DNA of 64,000 nt from an uncultured Methanosarcinales archaeon (GCA_964585935.1 CAZPFO010000004.1:779-64778); one strand, 5' to 3'. Counted from the first letter of the stretch, positions 27,566-36,674 are shown. A program made the numbers and translations. Notes: generated by a model from the sequence alone, not told the origin.

Positions 27566-28465
27566 ATGGTTGATTTAGTTATTGTAGGAACAATGGCTCT
27601 TGATGCGATAGAAACGCCATTTGGCAAGGTCGATAATGCTCTAGGTGGCTCAGCAACCTACGCAGCTTATGCGGCATCTTTCTTCTCAAATCCTGGAATA
27701 ATCTCAGTTATAGGTGATGATTTTCCAAAAACGCATACTGAAGAGCTAAAAAAGAGAAAAATAAGCTTAGAAGGTATAAAAAAAGAGGGAAAAACATTCA
27801 GATGGAGGGGTTTTTACGAATTTGATATGAACGAGGCAAAGACGCTAAGAACAGAGCTCAACTCTTTGGAAACATTTAAGCCGGAAGTGCCTGAAAATTA
27901 TAAAAATGCGAAATATCTATTTTTGGCAAACATTGACCCCTCATTGCAGCTGGAAGTCATAAGCAAGATAAAAAAACCAGAATTGATTTTAACAGACACT
28001 ATGAATTTCTGGATAGAGCACAAAAAAGATGATGTGTTAAAAGTTATAAAAAAAACAAACATTTTGCTCTTGAATGACGGAGAAGCCAGGCAGCTTTTTG
28101 AAACAACAAACCTCACCGAAGCCGCTAATAAAGCCTTAAAGCTGGGTCCAGAAGCAGTAATAATAAAAAAAGGCGAGCATGGCGCTCTATTATTTACAGA
28201 CAACAGGCATTTTAACGCTCCAGGTTACCCTTTAGAGAACATAAAAGACCCTACTGGCTGCGGAGACACTTTTGGAGGGGCATTAATAGGCTATTTGGCA
28301 AAAACGCAAAACAAGGAAGAATCAAACATAAGAAAAGCAATAGTATATGCAAGCGTTTTAGCCTCCCATAACGCAGAGGACTTCAGCCTTGAAAGATTAA
28401 AAAAAATAAATTCTGAAGATATAGAAAAAAGGTTTAATGAATTTAAGGAGATGAGAGAGTTTTAA
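27566..28465 (+). CDS. PfkB-family sugar/nucleoside kinase
   Basis: ALGGSATYAA and DPTGCGDTFGGALIGYL PfkB signatures. Confidence 0.8.
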   Translation: MVDLVIVGTMALDAIETPFGKVDNALGGSATYAAYAASFFSNPGIISVIGDDFPKTHTEELKKRKISLEGIKKEGKTFRWRGFYEFDMNEAKTLRTELNSLETFKPEVPENYKNAKYLFLANIDPSLQLEVISKIKKPELILTDTMNFWIEHKKDDVLKVIKKTNILLLNDGEARQLFETTNLTEAANKALKLGPEAVIIKKGEHGALLFTDNRHFNAPGYPLENIKDPTGCGDTFGGALIGYLAKTQNKEESNIRKAIVYASVLASHNAEDFSLERLKKINSEDIEKRFNEFKEMREF

Positions 28466-28471
28466 TGAAGA

Positions 28472-29113
28472 ATGCCAACCAAAGACAATATAAAGAAATT
28501 AAAAAGAGAAATCCCTTCTAATGTTAAAATATTGGCAGCAACAAAAACAAGGTCTGTTTCTCAGATAAAGGAAGCTATTAACGCAGGAATAAATATTTTC
28601 GGAGAGAATTATGTTCAGGAAGCAGAAAAGAAATATGCAGATATTAAAAAAAACAATAACATCAAACTTTATTTCATAGGCCGCCTCCAGAAAAACAAAA
28701 TAAACCGTGCCTTAAAGATTTTTGATGTTATAAATATTGATTCTTTTGAAATGGCAGAAGCAATAAACAAAAGAGCAGATAAAAAAATTCCAATCCTGGT
28801 TGAAGTCAACATCAGCAGCGAATCTCAAAAATCAGGCTGCAAACCAGAGAAACTCACTAGTTTAATTAAAAAGCTCTCAGAATTAAGAAACATCCGGGTA
28901 ATTGGCCTCATGGCAATGACTCCTTATTTTGAAGATATAAAAAAAACAAAGCCTTACTTTAAAAAAATGAAGATGCTATTTGAAAAAATAAAAAAATTAA
29001 AATTAAAAAACATAAAAATGAATATACTCTCTTTAGGAATGTCGCATGATTACAAAGTTGCAATAGAAGAAGGCTCTAACCAGATAAGAATTGGCAGTTT
29101 GATATTTTCTTAA
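28472..29113 (+). CDS. YggS-family pyridoxal-phosphate homeostasis protein
   Basis: ILAATKTRS...FGENYVQEA...IGRLQKNK...LSLGMSHDY match the YggS/PROSC single-domain alanine-racemase-N fold. Confidence 0.85.
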   Translation: MPTKDNIKKLKREIPSNVKILAATKTRSVSQIKEAINAGINIFGENYVQEAEKKYADIKKNNNIKLYFIGRLQKNKINRALKIFDVINIDSFEMAEAINKRADKKIPILVEVNISSESQKSGCKPEKLTSLIKKLSELRNIRVIGLMAMTPYFEDIKKTKPYFKKMKMLFEKIKKLKLKNIKMNILSLGMSHDYKVAIEEGSNQIRIGSLIFS

Positions 29114-29541
29114 ACTCCTTCCTTAACATTAGCAGTGGCAATCATGGTAAATGTCTGCCTCAGCCCTCTCTGCTCTTTTCTGAATTTTATTAGAAATTGG
29201 TTAAACTCTTCAACATCCTTGAACTTCAATTTCAACAATAAATCATATTCTCCTGTCACTCCAAAAATCTCCTTAACTTGTTTGTCATTTATTATCTTGT
29301 CATTAATATACTCCCTTGTGCCGCCTTTTATCAGCATAAAAACAATAAAATTCTCGCCAACAGCCTTATTATTTAATTTCAAGGTAAATTTTTCAATAAC
29401 TCCTTCTCTAATCAGTTTTTTTATCCTCTCATGAACAGTGCTGGGCCTTATTCCGGTTTTTTTAGCAACCTCCCTGATTGCCAACCTAGAATTTTCTTTC
29501 AGAACATTGATGATTGAGTAATCCTTTCCATCAAGCTTCAT
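29110..29541 (-). CDS. Lrp/AsnC-family transcriptional regulator
   Basis: N-terminal HTH (LDGKDYSIINVLKENSRLAIREVAKKTGIRPSTVHERIKKL) plus a C-terminal RAM/ACT-like half. Confidence 0.85.
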   Translation of the reverse strand: MKLDGKDYSIINVLKENSRLAIREVAKKTGIRPSTVHERIKKLIREGVIEKFTLKLNNKAVGENFIVFMLIKGGTREYINDKIINDKQVKEIFGVTGEYDLLLKLKFKDVEEFNQFLIKFRKEQRGLRQTFTMIATANVKEGV

Positions 29542-29547
29542 TTTAAA

Positions 29548-29756
29548 AAAAGGCTCCCCGAATCATAGAAATGTCAAGAACCACCAGTCACCGCTCCCTT
29601 CAGCCGCTATAGGCTGATGGCATGAAGGTGGTTCTTGAGCATGCTCGGAAATATAGCATAATCACAAACGAGATTAGGACTTCGTCCATCAGTCAAATAG
29701 ACTGATGGTATATTTCCGACATATGAAAATATTGGGGGTGTTCAGAGAGCCCTTTA
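29548..29756. ncRNA. candidate structured RNA (about 210 nt) between the Lrp/AsnC gene and ahcY
   Basis: Nested helices. Helix 1: perfect 11 bp, 29575-29585 with 29627-29637, enclosing TCAGCC/GGCTGA (29600-29617). Helix 2: perfect 11 bp, 29645-29655 with 29709-29719, enclosing CCATCAGTC/GACTGATGG (29686-29708) and GGAC-TTC-GTCC. Closing helix: imperfect, 29549-29563 with 29731-29755. GC visibly above the flanks. On the minus strand it ends in U7 immediately before the Lrp ATG. Confidence 0.4.
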
Positions 29757-29763
29757 AAATTAT

Positions 29764-29827
29764 TTTGTCCAACATATATATAAATTTTTCTATTTTTGTC
29801 CAATTTTAGTTGAAATTTTCGGACAAA
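29764..29827. promoter_or_regulatory. three TTTGTCC motifs bracketing the ahcY/Lrp TATA-like element
   Basis: TTTGTCCAA at 29764-29772 and 29795-29803 (31-bp spacing), flanking ATATATATAAA. An inverted copy TTCGGACAAA lies at 29818-29827. TTTGTCC/GGACAAA form a 7-bp inverted repeat. Confidence 0.4.
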
Positions 29828-29889
29828 TTTGATTAAAAATAAAGGAAAAGTATATAAAATAAAACAAGACCCAAACGGATGGTGATACT

Positions 29890-31149
29890 ATGTCAGACAA
29901 TTATTTTGTTAAGGATATTAAGCTAGCAGAACAAGGTAAAAAGAACATAGAGTGGGCTGAAGCTCAGATGGGTGCATTATTAAAAGTCAAAGAGAGATTT
30001 GAAAAAGAAAAACCATTAAAAGGAATAAAAATCGGGATGGCTTTGCATGTTACAAAAGAAACTGCGGTCCTGGTAAAGACCCTGATAGCCGGAGGAGCAG
30101 AAGTAGCCATAACAGGCTGCAATCCCCTTTCTACCCAAGATGATGTTGCAGCAGCTCTTGCAGAAGAAGGTGTTAAAGTTTACGGTTATAAAGGAGAATC
30201 AAATGAAGATTATTACAGATACTTAAACAAAGTTATCGAATTTAAACCCCATATTACGATTGATGATGGCTGTGATTTAGTAACCGAGATACATACAAAA
30301 CACGCTGATTTAATAAAGGATATTATTGGTGGTTGTGAAGAGACAACAACTGGGATTATTAGGTTAAAAGCAATGGAAAAAGACAATGTGTTAAAGTACC
30401 CAATGATGGCGGTAAACGAGTCTAATACAAAACACTTGATGGACAATATAAAAGGAACTGGACAGAGCACTATTGATGGAATTCTAAGAGCGACAAATGT
30501 TTTAATTGCCAGTAAGAATTTTGTTGTTTGTGGATATGGAAGTTGTGGAAAAGGAGTTGCTAAAAGAGCACAAGGGATGGATGCTAATGTAATTGTGACT
30601 GAAGTTGATGCATTTAGGGCTCTTCAGGCAGCTATGGATGGATTTAGGGTTATGCCAATAAAAGAAGCAGCAAAAATAGGCGATATTTTTGTAACAGTTA
30701 CAGGGAATAAGAATGTTATTGATGTGGACCATATGAAATTAATGAAAGACGGCGCATTGCTTGCAAACTCCGGGCATTTCGATGCTGAAATCAATATAAA
30801 TGGGTTAAAAAAAGTCGTAAAAAATCAAAGGAAAATCAGACCATTTATGGACGAATTTACATTAGACAATGGAAAGAAAATATTTATTTTGGGAGAGGCG
30901 AGGCTGATTAATCTCAGTGCCGGCGAAGGGCACCCATCTGCTATTATGGCAATGTCCTTTATAAACCAGGCTTTTGCTTGTGAATATTTAGTTCAAAACA
31001 AAGGAAAATTACAGCCAAAAGTTTATGTGCTGCCTCCAGAAAAAGATGATGAGATTGCCAGATTGCAACTTGAAGTCATGGGCATTAAGATTGACTCGAT
31101 GACTAAAGAGCAGAAAATTTATAGTTGCTCATGGAAAGAAGGAACCTGA
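29890..31149 (+). CDS. ahcY: adenosylhomocysteinase
   Basis: 419 aa. NAD-binding CGYGSCGKGVA, VNESNTKHLMDNIKGTGQS, and an archaeal-type C-terminus ...SWKEGT. Confidence 0.92.
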   Translation: MSDNYFVKDIKLAEQGKKNIEWAEAQMGALLKVKERFEKEKPLKGIKIGMALHVTKETAVLVKTLIAGGAEVAITGCNPLSTQDDVAAALAEEGVKVYGYKGESNEDYYRYLNKVIEFKPHITIDDGCDLVTEIHTKHADLIKDIIGGCEETTTGIIRLKAMEKDNVLKYPMMAVNESNTKHLMDNIKGTGQSTIDGILRATNVLIASKNFVVCGYGSCGKGVAKRAQGMDANVIVTEVDAFRALQAAMDGFRVMPIKEAAKIGDIFVTVTGNKNVIDVDHMKLMKDGALLANSGHFDAEININGLKKVVKNQRKIRPFMDEFTLDNGKKIFILGEARLINLSAGEGHPSAIMAMSFINQAFACEYLVQNKGKLQPKVYVLPPEKDDEIARLQLEVMGIKIDSMTKEQKIYSCSWKEGT

Positions 31150-32291
31150 AATTTTGCTTCTTTCAATAGCTTTATGTAGGGTTTTTCTCCAAATAAGCTT
31201 CTAAGTTCTATCTTGAAAACTTTTTCAATTTCACTTTTTTTAGGAATATATCCTTTAGTTTTTATATAATTTATGATATCTTTTTTCTTACTTTCTAAAT
31301 ACCTCTGCCTCTCTTTTGCATTAACTCTAGACTCCTGCACCCATCTTATTGATCTGATATAATGAGGGAGATTATATTTTTTCAGAAGTTCAATTACTTT
31401 ATCCCCGTTAATAAATTGGATATTACTGAAAATGCATTTTTTTGTATTGCAGGTAGTAATAAATATCCCTTCCGAAATTCTTTCCTTTTTAAGATAATTT
31501 AGTAACTGTGAAAATTCTCTTTTACTTAAGCGGTAATCTCTCCTATATGCCTTAATTTCAATTAGATAAGATTTACCATATTTGTCTTCAATTGTCATGT
31601 CAGCATTTTTATTGAAATCTACTTTTGATTCTAAAGAAATCCGCTTAATCTTAAAACCCATTTTTAAAATTAATTCTTTAATTATTTTAGTAAATACTAT
31701 TTCTTTTTTCTTTCCTAATAAGATGGGGGAGGGTCTTTCATACCCCACTCCAGCAGCTTTGTAAGCCTCATAAATATCTTTGTAGAGATTATAAAAGGAG
31801 AGATTCAGCTTTTTCTGAATGAATGTTATACTTGGGTAAGCGCCTTCTTTTACACTATTTCTTATTAATTCTTTAATACGCATTTTTTGTTTATTTAGAA
31901 CAGCTAAACTATGCATACGTTCTAATTTTCTTGCTTTTTGGACTAAAGAAAAATCTATATATGCATGTTTGTACAACTCATTTATGTTTCTAAAGTAATG
32001 TCTCAAATGAGTCTTAAATTTTTTCTCAATTTCAATATGTTTCGGGAAACGGTTAAGTTTAGCTTCCTTTTTGATGTAGTTTATTATAATAGCCCTCGCT
32101 TTATTTTTTGGATAATACCTCATAGAAGTGCCAATACCTGCTTTATTATAGTAATCTCCTATATCTTTAAAATAATTATAGATTTCTAAATGAAATTTCC
32201 TTCTTATACTTCTCTTTGTAGGCTTGTGCCCTTTTTTATAGTAGTCTCTAGCATGATCTAAAAGCATTGTTATTTTTTCTTCTCTGGACAT
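31119..32291 (-). CDS. PD-(D/E)xK (Mrr-like) nuclease-fold protein with four helical repeats resembling homing-endonuclease-associated (HNH_repeat) units
   Basis: Core ADMTIEDKYGKSYLIEIKAY fits D...ExK. Four ~30-aa repeats of pattern P(S/K)xxxIxKKFxxxxxxxFxxxxxxYxxAG(I/V). The 3' end overlaps ahcY convergently by 31 nt. Confidence 0.5.
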   Translation of the reverse strand: MSREEKITMLLDHARDYYKKGHKPTKRSIRRKFHLEIYNYFKDIGDYYNKAGIGTSMRYYPKNKARAIIINYIKKEAKLNRFPKHIEIEKKFKTHLRHYFRNINELYKHAYIDFSLVQKARKLERMHSLAVLNKQKMRIKELIRNSVKEGAYPSITFIQKKLNLSFYNLYKDIYEAYKAAGVGYERPSPILLGKKKEIVFTKIIKELILKMGFKIKRISLESKVDFNKNADMTIEDKYGKSYLIEIKAYRRDYRLSKREFSQLLNYLKKERISEGIFITTCNTKKCIFSNIQFINGDKVIELLKKYNLPHYIRSIRWVQESRVNAKERQRYLESKKKDIINYIKTKGYIPKKSEIEKVFKIELRSLFGEKPYIKLLKEAKFQVPSFHEQL

Positions 32292-32497
32292 CTTAGAGAT
32301 ATCTTCTCTTAAAAGCCTGAATTCCTATTTCGGATTTTTTATACATTTTACATCATCATTTTTTGTTAGTGGGATATTATATAATTGATTTTCAGCTTTA
32401 GCGAAAATTATGATTTGATAGTTGAACATGATTTAGGTGGTGGAAAATTATTGAATAAAAATCAAAAAATAGAAAGACTCCCTAGTTTATATATTTC

Positions 32498-32535
32498 ACG
32501 CGTGAATGTCCAGTGACTTTGGAAAATGTCCAGTG
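32498..32535. promoter_or_regulatory. palindrome plus 11-bp direct repeat upstream of the pilus operon
   Basis: TTCACGCGTGAA palindrome (32496-32507), then AATGTCCAGTG twice (32505-32515 and 32525-32535, 20-bp period), about 155 bp upstream of the first pilin-like gene. Confidence 0.35.
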
Positions 32536-32689
32536 CTTATTTTCAATATAGAACATAAATGAGGCAGATATTTGTCTACAAGAGACTTTTATTAACAATT
32601 TCTTGTTAAAATTTTAATTTAATCAAAACAAAAAATTTATATACATTCTTCTCTAAAAAACAGATAAGATTTTAAAAAAGAGGTTTAGG

Positions 32690-33100
32690 ATGTCTAAAGC
32701 GCAGGTTAGTGTAGAATATGCAATGATAATGGGGTTTATTGTCTTAATCACTATTCCCCTGATAATGATCTATTATGATAATGTAGCCTCTTCAAATGAG
32801 GAAATAGTATCCAGGCAGGTAAACCAGATATCTCAGAAAATTGTGGATGCAGCAGAGACTGTTTATTACTTGGGTGAACCATCCCAAACAACTTTAAAAG
32901 TCCATATTCCGGCAGGCGTAACAGAAGTAACCATAGGGCAAAAAAAAGAGATTATCTTCAGAATAAGGGCTACAACAGGAATATCAGACATTGTTCAGGT
33001 TTCTTCTGTTAATATTACAGGCAGTTTACCCTCAACACAAGGCATCTACCGCATAACTCTAAAAGCTCAGGAAAATGAAGTTTTAGTTTCATACACTTAA
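32690..33100 (+). CDS. type IV pilin-like protein (class III signal peptide)
   Basis: MSKA/QVSVEYAMIMGFIVLITIPL: short basic leader, Q at +1, E at +5, then a hydrophobic helix. GAGGT Shine-Dalgarno-like motif upstream. Confidence 0.6.
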   Translation: MSKAQVSVEYAMIMGFIVLITIPLIMIYYDNVASSNEEIVSRQVNQISQKIVDAAETVYYLGEPSQTTLKVHIPAGVTEVTIGQKKEIIFRIRATTGISDIVQVSSVNITGSLPSTQGIYRITLKAQENEVLVSYT

Positions 33101-33101
33101 T

Positions 33102-33494
33102 ATGTTTCTGAAAAAAAGCCAGGTATCCGTGGAATTCTTCATTCTGGTAGGGGTAGTTTCACTTATAGTTATTATATTTATAGCTACAATCCTGGACCAA
33201 ATAAAAGAATTCCAGGACAAAAGAGAGTATCTGCTCATAAAAGATGCCGCATTAAAGCTGCAGAAAGAGGTCTATCTAGCAGCGATAGCAGAAGACGGCT
33301 ATACACGCCAGTTCACGATGCCCAGCAAACTGGAAGACGTTATAAACTATAGCATCACAACAGGGAATAATGGAACTTTGGTTATTTATACTGATAACTT
33401 CCTTTACGCTGTCCCCGTCCCTGAAGTTACAGGAACTATAACAAAAAGCACAAATACAATAACCAAAACAGGGGGTGTTGTTAATCTCAACTAA
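33102..33494 (+). CDS. type IV pilin-like protein (class III signal peptide)
   Basis: MFLKKS/QVSVEFFILVGVVSLIVIIF with the same Q+1/E+5 pattern. Starts 1 nt after the previous stop. Confidence 0.6.
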   Translation: MFLKKSQVSVEFFILVGVVSLIVIIFIATILDQIKEFQDKREYLLIKDAALKLQKEVYLAAIAEDGYTRQFTMPSKLEDVINYSITTGNNGTLVIYTDNFLYAVPVPEVTGTITKSTNTITKTGGVVNLN

Positions 33495-34020
33495 AGCCCA
33501 GGCATGGTACACAGACTTCACAATGGCTATGCTTATCTTTACAGTTGCGCTTATAATCTATTTTGTTTACACAACAAACCTGTCAAAAGAGGAAGCCTCT
33601 CTGTTAAATGATTTGACATCTGAAGCAAAGTTTGTTTCTTCTTCTTTAGTTTCTGAAGGCTATCCTTCAAACTGGAGCAGCAATACAGTTAAAAGGATAG
33701 GCTTAACGGACAGCAATCAAAAGATTGATGTAGGAAAAGTGCTTAATCTGGCAAATTTGACCTACAACCATAGTAAAAAGCTCCTGGGAACAGTCTATGA
33801 TTATACGTTGTTTTTTGAAGGATCTAATGGCACTGTCTTGAATATAAGCGGTTTTTGCTGCAAGGGCCATGAAAAAACATGCATAAATCCTGACAGTGCA
33901 TGTATCATTAACACAAACAATGCCGATATAGATAATTTAGTGAAAATTGACAGGTTGTTAACTTACGATAATGCAACCAAGACAAGCATAATAAGGATGG
34001 TGCTCTACTTATGGTCATAA
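33475..34020 (+). CDS. pilin-like protein (divergent class III signal peptide)
   Basis: STKA/QAWYTDFTMAMLIFTVALIIYF. Overlaps both neighbours within the operon. Confidence 0.5.
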   Translation: MLLISTKAQAWYTDFTMAMLIFTVALIIYFVYTTNLSKEEASLLNDLTSEAKFVSSSLVSEGYPSNWSSNTVKRIGLTDSNQKIDVGKVLNLANLTYNHSKKLLGTVYDYTLFFEGSNGTVLNISGFCCKGHEKTCINPDSACIINTNNADIDNLVKIDRLLTYDNATKTSIIRMVLYLWS

Positions 34021-36674
34021 AAAAAAGAGGCATGTTCTTTACAATAGATGCCATACTGGCAACCAGCATTATAATCATTGCCATTATTTTAGCTTCTTCT
34101 TATTATGTTAAAGAAACAAAAACAGAAACAATAGATTACATGGGCCATGATCTGGTTAGGGTTCTTACAAATTTAAAAGTCAATGAAATAGATAATGACT
34201 ACGTTAGCTTATTAATTTCAGAAGGAAATATAACCAGAAACAATACCATCCTGGAACAGATAGGCGAATTCTGGTCTGAAGACAAGATTGGGCAGGCGTC
34301 TGAACTTACCAGAAACATCACATCCTCATTAATACCGAAAAGATACGGCTTTGGTATCTGGGTTAATGATGAGCTTATTTATACAAGAAACATCCCAATA
34401 AGAAGGTCTTTGGTTTCATCAAGAAAGCTGATTTCAGGCATAGCAAAAGACAAGCCAGTTGAAGGTTATACCAGCAGGGTATTCTTATCCGGACTCAAAG
34501 AAAAAACTGTTTATTCCTATATCTACTTTGGAGGGTTTGTAGGCAATGGAAACATCACAGTCAATATTACCTTACCTGGCGAAATCATAAACATAACTGA
34601 AGTATATATGGAAATGGCTGCCAGCAATAACTTCTCTCTCTTAATTAACTCGCAGTCTGCGGGCTCATATCTTGATCAATTTTCAGACGATCTTAGGGCA
34701 GATAAATGGTATCTGAATGAAAGTTACCATGATCTATTAAATCCGGGAAACAATCAAATTAGAATTAATTTTAATGGCTCCCCAAGCTATATCGGTGGGG
34801 GGTTTATCAGGGTAAACTCAGTAACCTCCAACATTAACTATTCTGAAATAACTTATCAAGGCGATCAAGTTATAAAAAAAGAACAGCTTCCGGGAATTGA
34901 AGGCATTATTAATCTATATTCCTCATTTTATGTTCCGGGAAATCTAACATCTCTTCAAGCATACCTCCACTTAGATAGCAACTATACAACATTCTTTAAT
35001 GTGGGCAACGATACTATCTATTACGCAAATCCGGATGGAGAAGCATTCCTAAACATTGATGACGCTTATTTTAGGTCAATCTTGAATTACAATAATTTGA
35101 ACAATAATACAGTGCCTTATAGGATTGGTTTAGCAGGCGCAAGCTACGGAGGTTTTATTGGTAAAGCAGATTCAATTTTAGTTACTGATGTTTCTGGCAG
35201 TATGGGTTGGTGCGGGGAATATTCTATTCCTCTGACATGTAATTATAACTGTTTATTTGGAGGATCCAAAAGCTGTGTGGTCTCTGACCCAAGTGATTGC
35301 TCTGGAAATGTTTGTGGAGGCGGCTGTTTTATTCCTTATGGCCATAACCTTGACTGTGTTAGAACAAGGCTAGAAATAGCGCAAGACTCTGGAAAAGTCT
35401 TTGTGAATACAATATTGCAAAACATCAACAACAGAGTAGGCCTGGCAAGCTATGAATCGGATCTTGATGATTTCACTGATTTGACTAACAATAATGATAC
35501 CTTAGTGGCTGATATCGAAGGTTACACTGCTGATGGAGGAACATGTATCTGCTGCGGTATTTATAAAGCTAATGATATGCTCCCACATCAAGAGAAGGAA
35601 TTTATTGTAGTTATCAGTGACGGAGATGCGAATTATAAATGCAGCGGTCCAGGAGATTATACAGGGGAATATGATTCTGCAAATGCCCCTCAGTCAGCTA
35701 TAGACGCGGGCAATTATTCCTGTAACAATAATATTACTGTATTTACAATTGGTTTTGGTTCGGATATAAGCGCAAGTGGCACAGATACATTAAAAAGTGT
35801 TGCATGCAACGAATCATTGTATTTTAATGCCACAAACACTAGCCTATTAACAAATATTTTGTCTAATATTTCTTCTCAGATTCTGGAGATCAGCTATGCG
35901 GCTCAGTCTGCTGTAAGCACCGGTGGTTTTGAAAAATCGACATTATACTCTGACTCTTATATTGAGTTTACATACACTCCTTATGTTGAGCCATATGTCT
36001 ATGGTAAAATTCCGGTAAATTTTGAAACAGAAGTTTTTGGAAATTACATAAGCCAGGGCGTTTTAGATATACCTGCCGGCATTTCAGTAGCTGATGCTAA
36101 AGTGACTTCCTATTCAGGCGATAAATGGACAGATAATGTGACACTTACCAACACAAACACTTATGATGTGTTTAACTTGTCCTCTTTCAACAATAATTAT
36201 ACAGGTCTTGGCGACCCTTTCTTAGTGAATATTAAGCCAGAACTGATAGAAGAAGGAATAAATACAGTCACTGTAAGTACAGGCTTATCCCTTACAAACA
36301 ACTCAGGGGGGTCTCCAGATAATAGGGTAATCTACACATTATTATACCCTAACTCCTTAAGCTACACTAGTATTGCTGAAAAGGCAGATGGATGTATATG
36401 GTCTATCAAGTATGAATATGGAAGCAACACTACGATTGCTGTACCGCTTGATTACTCGGGAAGCGATAGCTGTGATTTTGAAACAGGCGTCTATGATTCA
36501 GACGATTCTATTGATGTTGCGTTTTACTCGCTATTAGGGGCTCTTGATTTTGACGATGATGGGTTGCTGGATTTAAACTTCGGTGAAGAGTTTTTATTTA
36601 TTGAAAATATTGCAATAGCAGGTGTGCCTTCCCTTTGGGGGCCGGCTGTCATGGAAATCAGGGTATGGGAATGA
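34011..36674 (+). CDS. large pilin-like protein with von Willebrand factor A domain (candidate pilus adhesin)
   Basis: N-terminus KKRG/MFFTIDAILATSIIIIAIILA. vWA MIDAS elements DVSGSM, TADGGT and VISDGDA (aa ~386-620). Many N-x-S/T sequons. Confidence 0.65.
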   Translation: MVIKKRGMFFTIDAILATSIIIIAIILASSYYVKETKTETIDYMGHDLVRVLTNLKVNEIDNDYVSLLISEGNITRNNTILEQIGEFWSEDKIGQASELTRNITSSLIPKRYGFGIWVNDELIYTRNIPIRRSLVSSRKLISGIAKDKPVEGYTSRVFLSGLKEKTVYSYIYFGGFVGNGNITVNITLPGEIINITEVYMEMAASNNFSLLINSQSAGSYLDQFSDDLRADKWYLNESYHDLLNPGNNQIRINFNGSPSYIGGGFIRVNSVTSNINYSEITYQGDQVIKKEQLPGIEGIINLYSSFYVPGNLTSLQAYLHLDSNYTTFFNVGNDTIYYANPDGEAFLNIDDAYFRSILNYNNLNNNTVPYRIGLAGASYGGFIGKADSILVTDVSGSMGWCGEYSIPLTCNYNCLFGGSKSCVVSDPSDCSGNVCGGGCFIPYGHNLDCVRTRLEIAQDSGKVFVNTILQNINNRVGLASYESDLDDFTDLTNNNDTLVADIEGYTADGGTCICCGIYKANDMLPHQEKEFIVVISDGDANYKCSGPGDYTGEYDSANAPQSAIDAGNYSCNNNITVFTIGFGSDISASGTDTLKSVACNESLYFNATNTSLLTNILSNISSQILEISYAAQSAVSTGGFEKSTLYSDSYIEFTYTPYVEPYVYGKIPVNFETEVFGNYISQGVLDIPAGISVADAKVTSYSGDKWTDNVTLTNTNTYDVFNLSSFNNNYTGLGDPFLVNIKPELIEEGINTVTVSTGLSLTNNSGGSPDNRVIYTLLYPNSLSYTSIAEKADGCIWSIKYEYGSNTTIAVPLDYSGSDSCDFETGVYDSDDSIDVAFYSLLGALDFDDDGLLDLNFGEEFLFIENIAIAGVPSLWGPAVMEIRVWE

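Noticed and set aside
29548-29756. SAH riboswitch controlling the adjacent ahcY gene
   Set aside because: The element lies upstream of the ahcY TATA-like box (about 29775), so it would not be part of the ahcY leader. Its helices do not match the SAH-riboswitch pseudoknot consensus as I recall it. Only a loose GGGAGCGGUGAC resemblance exists, and that is on the opposite strand. It is kept as an unclassified structured element instead.
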